This document shows, piece after piece, positions 19,978 through 24,000 of a DNA stretch of 24,000 bases. A program made the position numbers and the translations under genes. Each line of letters begins with the position of its first letter. Position 1 is the stretch's first letter. Below the pieces are notes generated by a model. The model was given only the letters and a program-made list of their open reading frames with translations. It searched no databases and was not told the DNA's origin. Origin of the DNA: an uncultured Pseudomonadota bacterium. GTDB taxonomy: Bacteria; Pseudomonadota; Gammaproteobacteria; Coxiellales; Coxiellaceae. The stretch is from the NCBI GenBank assembly GCA_963716455.1, contig CAVQTK010000011.1:81795-105794 (forward strand), given 5' to 3'.

Positions 19978-20478
19978 ATGAGCGAAAACATTTTTAAAAA
20001 AATTAAAAGGCTAAAGGAATATTATATGCGGGAGAAGGGGGATGAGCCTCCAAAAAACTCCCCATTACTACTAGAAAATGATGCACCTATCATCGATCTG
20101 CAATTGGGCGCAAAATTAATTGATGGAAATATCAAAGGAGCACGGGCAATCCTTCAAGAACTAACTACCACCTTACCAGGAGATTTAGAAAAAATTCAAG
20201 CTGCCTTTTCAATAGAAAATTATAGGCAGTTACGAAATTTAGCTCATTACTTAAAAGGAGGAGCGAGTTATTGTGGAACACCACGTTTAAAGATGGCTGC
20301 TTCTTATTTAGATCAAATTATAAAAGCCCGTGGCTCTAAAGAAGAGGTGCACGCTGCTTATAATCGATTATGTGACGAAATTAAAGCAGTCCTACTTGAA
20401 TATGAAAAAGTCAAAAAATCATCTTCTGATGAGAGTCAAAAACCTTCATCTAATATTCTAGGTAATAATGATTATTAA
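19978..20478 (+). CDS. Stand-alone Hpt (histidine phosphotransfer) domain protein
   Basis: LAHYLKGGASYCG is the Hpt HxxKG phospho-histidine motif. The ATG at 19978 follows GGAGGAG. No kinase or response regulator lies nearby. Confidence 0.7.
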   Translation: MSENIFKKIKRLKEYYMREKGDEPPKNSPLLLENDAPIIDLQLGAKLIDGNIKGARAILQELTTTLPGDLEKIQAAFSIENYRQLRNLAHYLKGGASYCGTPRLKMAASYLDQIIKARGSKEEVHAAYNRLCDEIKAVLLEYEKVKKSSSDESQKPSSNILGNNDY

Positions 20479-20513
20479 CCTAAGATAGCAATCAGGTGGA
20501 GTATCGTTTGATA

Positions 20514-20661
20514 TAGACTTCTTTTGAAACTCTACGCTGGTGCAAAGTGCTAAGGCGCATCGGTGCGCAAAACCGCACATACACGCGAGTAATGCTCCGG
20601 TTTTGCGCTCCGAAGCGACCTGCTAACTTTGCACCAGCAGTCGAGTTTCGAGAGAAGTCTA
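20514..20661. mobile_element. MITE-like palindromic element, family B, copy 2 (148 bp)
   Basis: It runs TAGACTTCTTTTGAAACTC...GAGTTTCGAGAGAAGTCTA and can fold into a ~65-bp imperfect hairpin. It shares the 22-nt exact block ATGCTCCGGTTTTGCGCTCCGA with copy 1. Confidence 0.75.
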
Positions 20662-20746
20662 TTTTAGTGCATAAGCTTGCTATCTTATTATAAAGCCCAG
20701 TAAAATATCTTTTTTTCTTTCTCTGATAAAAATTGGGCAAGCTATT

Positions 20747-22273
20747 ATGGTCACAAAAAATGCGATAACTCCAACACGTAAAGAAGATTTTGCTCAGTGG
20801 TATCAAGAAGTTATTAAAGCTGCAGATTTAGCCGAGCATTCGGTGGTTAGGGGATGTATGGTGATTAAACCTTGGGGATGTGCCCTGTGGGAGTCCATAC
20901 AGCAAGCTTTAGATAAAATGATCAAAGCTACAGGACATCAAAATGTATATTTTCCGTTATTAATTCCATTAAATTTTCTTGAAAAAGAAGCTGCCCATGT
21001 TGAAGGTTTCGCTAAAGAATGTGCAGTGGTCACTCATTATCGTTTAGAAGTAGATGCAAGTGGCAAGTTAATTCCATCTCCTTCTGCCGAACTAAGCGAA
21101 CCTTATATTATTCGTCCCACCAGTGAAACCATAATTGGGAATGCCATGTCGAAATGGGTACAATCTTATCATGACTTGCCAATATTAATTAATCAGTGGG
21201 CAAACGTTATGCGTTGGGAAATGCGCACACGATTATTTCTGCGGACCTCAGAGTTTTTATGGCAAGAAGGTCATACTGCACATGCTACAGCTGAAGAGGC
21301 AATGACTGAAACATCTACCATGATAGAGGTATATGAACGCTTGGCCAGAGAATTTTTAGCTATTCCCGTCATCAAAGGAGAGAAAACCCCACGTGAGCGT
21401 TTTCCGGGAGCGGTTAATACTTACACCATTGAAGCGATGATGCAGGATGGGAAAGCGTTACAGGCGGGTACTTCACATTTTTTAGGGCAAAATTTTTCGA
21501 CGGCCTATGACATAAAATTTACCGATAAAAATCAGCAGCTAAGTCACGTTTGGACTACTTCGTGGGGGGCGTCGACGCGTTTAATTGGTGCATTAATTAT
21601 GACTCATAGTGATGATGATGGATTGGTATTACCTCCTCGTATAGCCCCACATCAAGTAACGATCATTCCAGTAATAATGAATGAAGCTGATGCAGGAGGC
21701 ATTTTGAGTTATTGTGATCAATTAGCTAAAGATTTGTGTCATCTCCACTATGCTGGAGAGTCATTACGCGTCATTATCGATAAGTCGCATCGACGTGGTG
21801 GAGAAAAATTTTGGAACGCTGTTAAAAAAGGTATTCCAGTCCGCATAGAAGTAGGAAAAAGAGAAATGGAGTCTGGTTTGCTTTCCCTCTCTCAACGTGA
21901 CAAGCCCGCTAAAGAAAAACGAACTATAAGCCGTGAAGAACTTATATCTAGTATAAGCGATGTGTTAGCGGAGATTCAAAATCATTTACTTAAACGCGCT
22001 TTAAAGTATAGGCAAGCTAATACATACAACATCGAGAAACTGAAACAATTGGATGAAATATTTGGTGGGGAAGAAGACGAAGATGGCCGAAATGGTTTTG
22101 CTGTCGGCTATTTTGATCCCATGATCGATAATGAATCTTTTGTAATAGAAAAATTAAAAGCCTTAAAACTATCTACACGTTGTATTCCTTTTGAGAACCA
22201 GGGAGAAACGGGCTCGTGTATTTTTTCTGGAACAACAACGGATAAAAAAGTTATTTTCTCAAGAGCTTATTAA
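20747..22273 (+). CDS. proS: Prolyl-tRNA synthetase, archaeal/eukaryote-like type (no INS editing domain)
   Basis: 508 aa. Class II motifs are present (RPTSET, FLRTSEFLWQEGHTAH, GTSHFLGQNF). There is a C-terminal extension ending in ...SRAY, the terminal Tyr typical of this ProRS type. Confidence 0.9.
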   Translation: MVTKNAITPTRKEDFAQWYQEVIKAADLAEHSVVRGCMVIKPWGCALWESIQQALDKMIKATGHQNVYFPLLIPLNFLEKEAAHVEGFAKECAVVTHYRLEVDASGKLIPSPSAELSEPYIIRPTSETIIGNAMSKWVQSYHDLPILINQWANVMRWEMRTRLFLRTSEFLWQEGHTAHATAEEAMTETSTMIEVYERLAREFLAIPVIKGEKTPRERFPGAVNTYTIEAMMQDGKALQAGTSHFLGQNFSTAYDIKFTDKNQQLSHVWTTSWGASTRLIGALIMTHSDDDGLVLPPRIAPHQVTIIPVIMNEADAGGILSYCDQLAKDLCHLHYAGESLRVIIDKSHRRGGEKFWNAVKKGIPVRIEVGKREMESGLLSLSQRDKPAKEKRTISREELISSISDVLAEIQNHLLKRALKYRQANTYNIEKLKQLDEIFGGEEDEDGRNGFAVGYFDPMIDNESFVIEKLKALKLSTRCIPFENQGETGSCIFSGTTTDKKVIFSRAY

Positions 22274-22286
22274 CAACAGGTTCGCG

Positions 22287-22459
22287 GTAACCTCAGGTGG
22301 GGGGCTGCCTACAAGTGAACGTTCAGCTGTTAGACAAGTTTGAATGAAAAATTGACGAAAAAGCGGAGAATACACGTAGTATTTGAAGCATTTTGAGGAA
22401 ATTTTTCATTTCAAAATTGGCAACAGATGGGCGTTCCAAGCGACAGGGTGAGCTATTAC
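22287..22459. mobile_element. MITE family A, copy 2 (173 bp)
   Basis: Termini are GTAACCTCAGGTGGGGGG... and ...GGGTGAGCTATTAC. It is flanked directly by the 8-bp direct repeat GGTTCGCG (22279-22286) / GGTTCACG (22460-22467). The 54-nt core is identical to copy 1. Confidence 0.8.
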
Positions 22460-22947
22460 GGTTCACGACGCCGCAATTGCACGATTTGAAAAGCATACTG
22501 ATTAGCCGCATCTGCTTCATAACTTTGGCGGCTTATTTCTTGCCACTCTTCTAAATTTAATTTTGGGAAATAAACATCACCTACTTCTTCACAATCAACA
22601 AGGGTTAAATATATACATTGTGCAAGAGGTAAGGTTTGGGTGTAAAGTGTCGCACCCCCAATCACCATTAATTCTTCGTCAGGGGAAATCGATTCCAGGG
22701 CCGCATTTAATGAAGAATATACTTCACATCCTGGTAGAGCAAGATTTGCTTGTTGAGAAAGTACGAGATTACGACGTTTAGGAAGAGCGCGTCCAATGCT
22801 GGCAAATGTTTTTCGACCCATAAGTATAGGTTTACCTATAGTGACCGCTTTAAAATGTTGTAATTCATCAGGCAAATGCCAGGGCATTTGGCCATTTTTT
22901 CCAATTACCCCATGCTTGGTCATTGCAGCAATTAATGTAATATTCAT
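22456..22947 (-). CDS. folA: Dihydrofolate reductase
   Basis: MNITLIAAM..GVIGKNGQMPWHLPDELQHFKAVTIGKPILMGRKTFASIG matches DHFR. The stop TAA (22456-22458) lies inside the MITE A terminus. Confidence 0.9.
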   Translation of the reverse strand: MNITLIAAMTKHGVIGKNGQMPWHLPDELQHFKAVTIGKPILMGRKTFASIGRALPKRRNLVLSQQANLALPGCEVYSSLNAALESISPDEELMVIGGATLYTQTLPLAQCIYLTLVDCEEVGDVYFPKLNLEEWQEISRQSYEADAANQYAFQIVQLRRREP

Positions 22948-22959
22948 AGCTATCACCTG

Positions 22960-23023
22960 AAATTCTGCAGATGCAATCTACTGTGAAGCTATAATTCTCG
23001 TTACGATTGCAACTGCAGAATTT
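22960..23023. promoter_or_regulatory. 19-bp inverted repeat directly upstream of the folA ribosome-binding site
   Basis: AAATTCTGCAGATGCAATC (22960-22978) pairs with GATTGCAACTGCAGAATTT (23005-23023) with one mismatch and a 26-nt spacer. On the folA strand the 3' arm ends ~12 nt before the ATG, next to AGGTGA. Confidence 0.4.
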
Positions 23024-23141
23024 AGGATTGTATAAGAATTTATCCAAAATTTCAGCAATAGATTTCTTTCCAAGTTGTGTTGTTTCTCTGGTGCTCATTT
23101 GCTCTTATGAGAGTTATATCGGCAAAACCGGTGGCAAATTA

Positions 23142-24000
23142 TTACGAAATTTTAAACCAAGTAAGCTCATGCTTATTATGATATAGATGAACTAATTTCG
23201 ATCCTTCAATAGCAGAAAACTGCTGGATCGCGTTAAAATCTGTTTCGCCTTGGAGTTTAATGGTGCAAACAAAATTTTTACACAAGTTACTTTTTAACCA
23301 ATTTTGTATTAGTTTAAAAAGTCGCGAAGGGTAACAGATCACATCGGAAAAAAGCCAATCTATCCGACCCATTTCCGCGGGTAAAAGGGAAAAAGCGCTA
23401 CGTTGTAAATAGTTTATATTAGATAAATTTAAGAGAGCAGGGTCTAGCTTTGCCTTATCAACACTAATAACTTGACAGCCCATTTGTTGTAAAACCCATG
23501 TCCATCCTCCTGGGCTACTGCCTAAATCAAGACAGACATCACTGGGTTGAGGATGAATTCCATGCAGGGTAAATAATTCCCATAATTTTAAATAAGCTCT
23601 CGAGGGAGGATCTTTTTTATTTTCTGAAAACATTACTTCGCCATTTGGGAAACAACTGGAGCAATGTGAACTGGCAAGTAGTAAATTTTTATTAATTAGT
23701 GTCCATGAGCCAATTGGTTTATGAGGTAAAGATGCTAGGAATTCTATAGGCTTAACCTGATAAGAAGGAAGCTGTGCTTGAATTAGCTGAGTACGGCGAT
23801 GAAGTTGATAAGAATAAGGAGCCCACCGTAATAGTTGTTTTTTTAAAATTTGTGCTGCGGAGGAAATTGAGGATATAGGTATGTAACTGGGATTATACCA
23901 AATATTTTGCGCCCACAAGGAATGTTGGGGCGCAGCAGAAGAAATGACTAAATTGCCATACACGGCCTCAATTTGATTTATTTCTGCAATCAATTCATTG
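23142..24000 (-). CDS. rlmM: 23S rRNA (cytidine2498-2'-O)-methyltransferase RlmM, 5' end off-window
   Basis: PPSRAYLKLWELF, LDLGSSPGGWTWVL (SAM-binding), WLFSDVICYP and HLYHNKHELTW are colinear with the C-terminal two thirds of RlmM. The frame is open to the window edge. Confidence 0.7.
   Translation of the reverse strand, partial: NELIAEINQIEAVYGNLVISSAAPQHSLWAQNIWYNPSYIPISSISSAAQILKKQLLRWAPYSYQLHRRTQLIQAQLPSYQVKPIEFLASLPHKPIGSWTLINKNLLLASSHCSSCFPNGEVMFSENKKDPPSRAYLKLWELFTLHGIHPQPSDVCLDLGSSPGGWTWVLQQMGCQVISVDKAKLDPALLNLSNINYLQRSAFSLLPAEMGRIDWLFSDVICYPSRLFKLIQNWLKSNLCKNFVCTIKLQGETDFNAIQQFSAIEGSKLVHLYHNKHELTWFKIS

Noticed and set aside
22868-23098. A 76-aa ORF lies upstream of folA on the same strand.
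   Set aside because: It overlaps the folA N-terminus out of frame and spans the 19-bp inverted repeat. Its Cys/Asn-rich composition is typical of random AT-rich translation.

Overview
This is an AT-rich gammaproteobacterial chromosome segment. Gene content, several decayed genes and the GTCATTGCGA...GAAGCAATC palindromic repeats suggest a Legionellales/Coxiella-like host-associated bacterium, but that organism call is inference only. The coding layer is mostly housekeeping: a VOC/glyoxalase protein, a CBS-like cysteine synthase, ubiK-yifB, ddl, tRNA-Arg(CCG), ubiB and mnmG. It continues with a frameshifted gcdH, a plsC-like/hemC/yqfO-like/hemD/hemX/hemY operon, a multiply frameshifted apaH, an orphan Hpt protein, an archaeal-type proS, folA and a partial rlmM. 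The unusual part is the mobile and repeat layer. (1) A ~1.2 kb IS110-family element (12012-13215) sits inside a palindromic host repeat. Its 190-nt non-coding left end contains all four guide segments of a bridge-RNA-like ncRNA, matching the target flanks and the element's own ends. A sigma70 promoter would be assembled only across the circle junction. An unoccupied copy of the predicted target lies at 10133-10148. (2) MITE family A has two full copies (10001-10252 and 22287-22459), each flanked by an 8-bp direct repeat, plus two collapsed remnants. It occupies all four protein-gene convergent junctions in the window and supplies or abuts stop codons of neighbouring genes. (3) MITE family B is a ~140-bp near-perfect palindrome (426-564 and 20514-20661) whose central 17-nt loop is inverted between the two copies. 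(4) A tandem pair of lineage-specific membrane proteins with acidic C-terminal tails lies at the left edge, one of them frameshifted. No CRISPR array, rRNA gene or prophage was seen.
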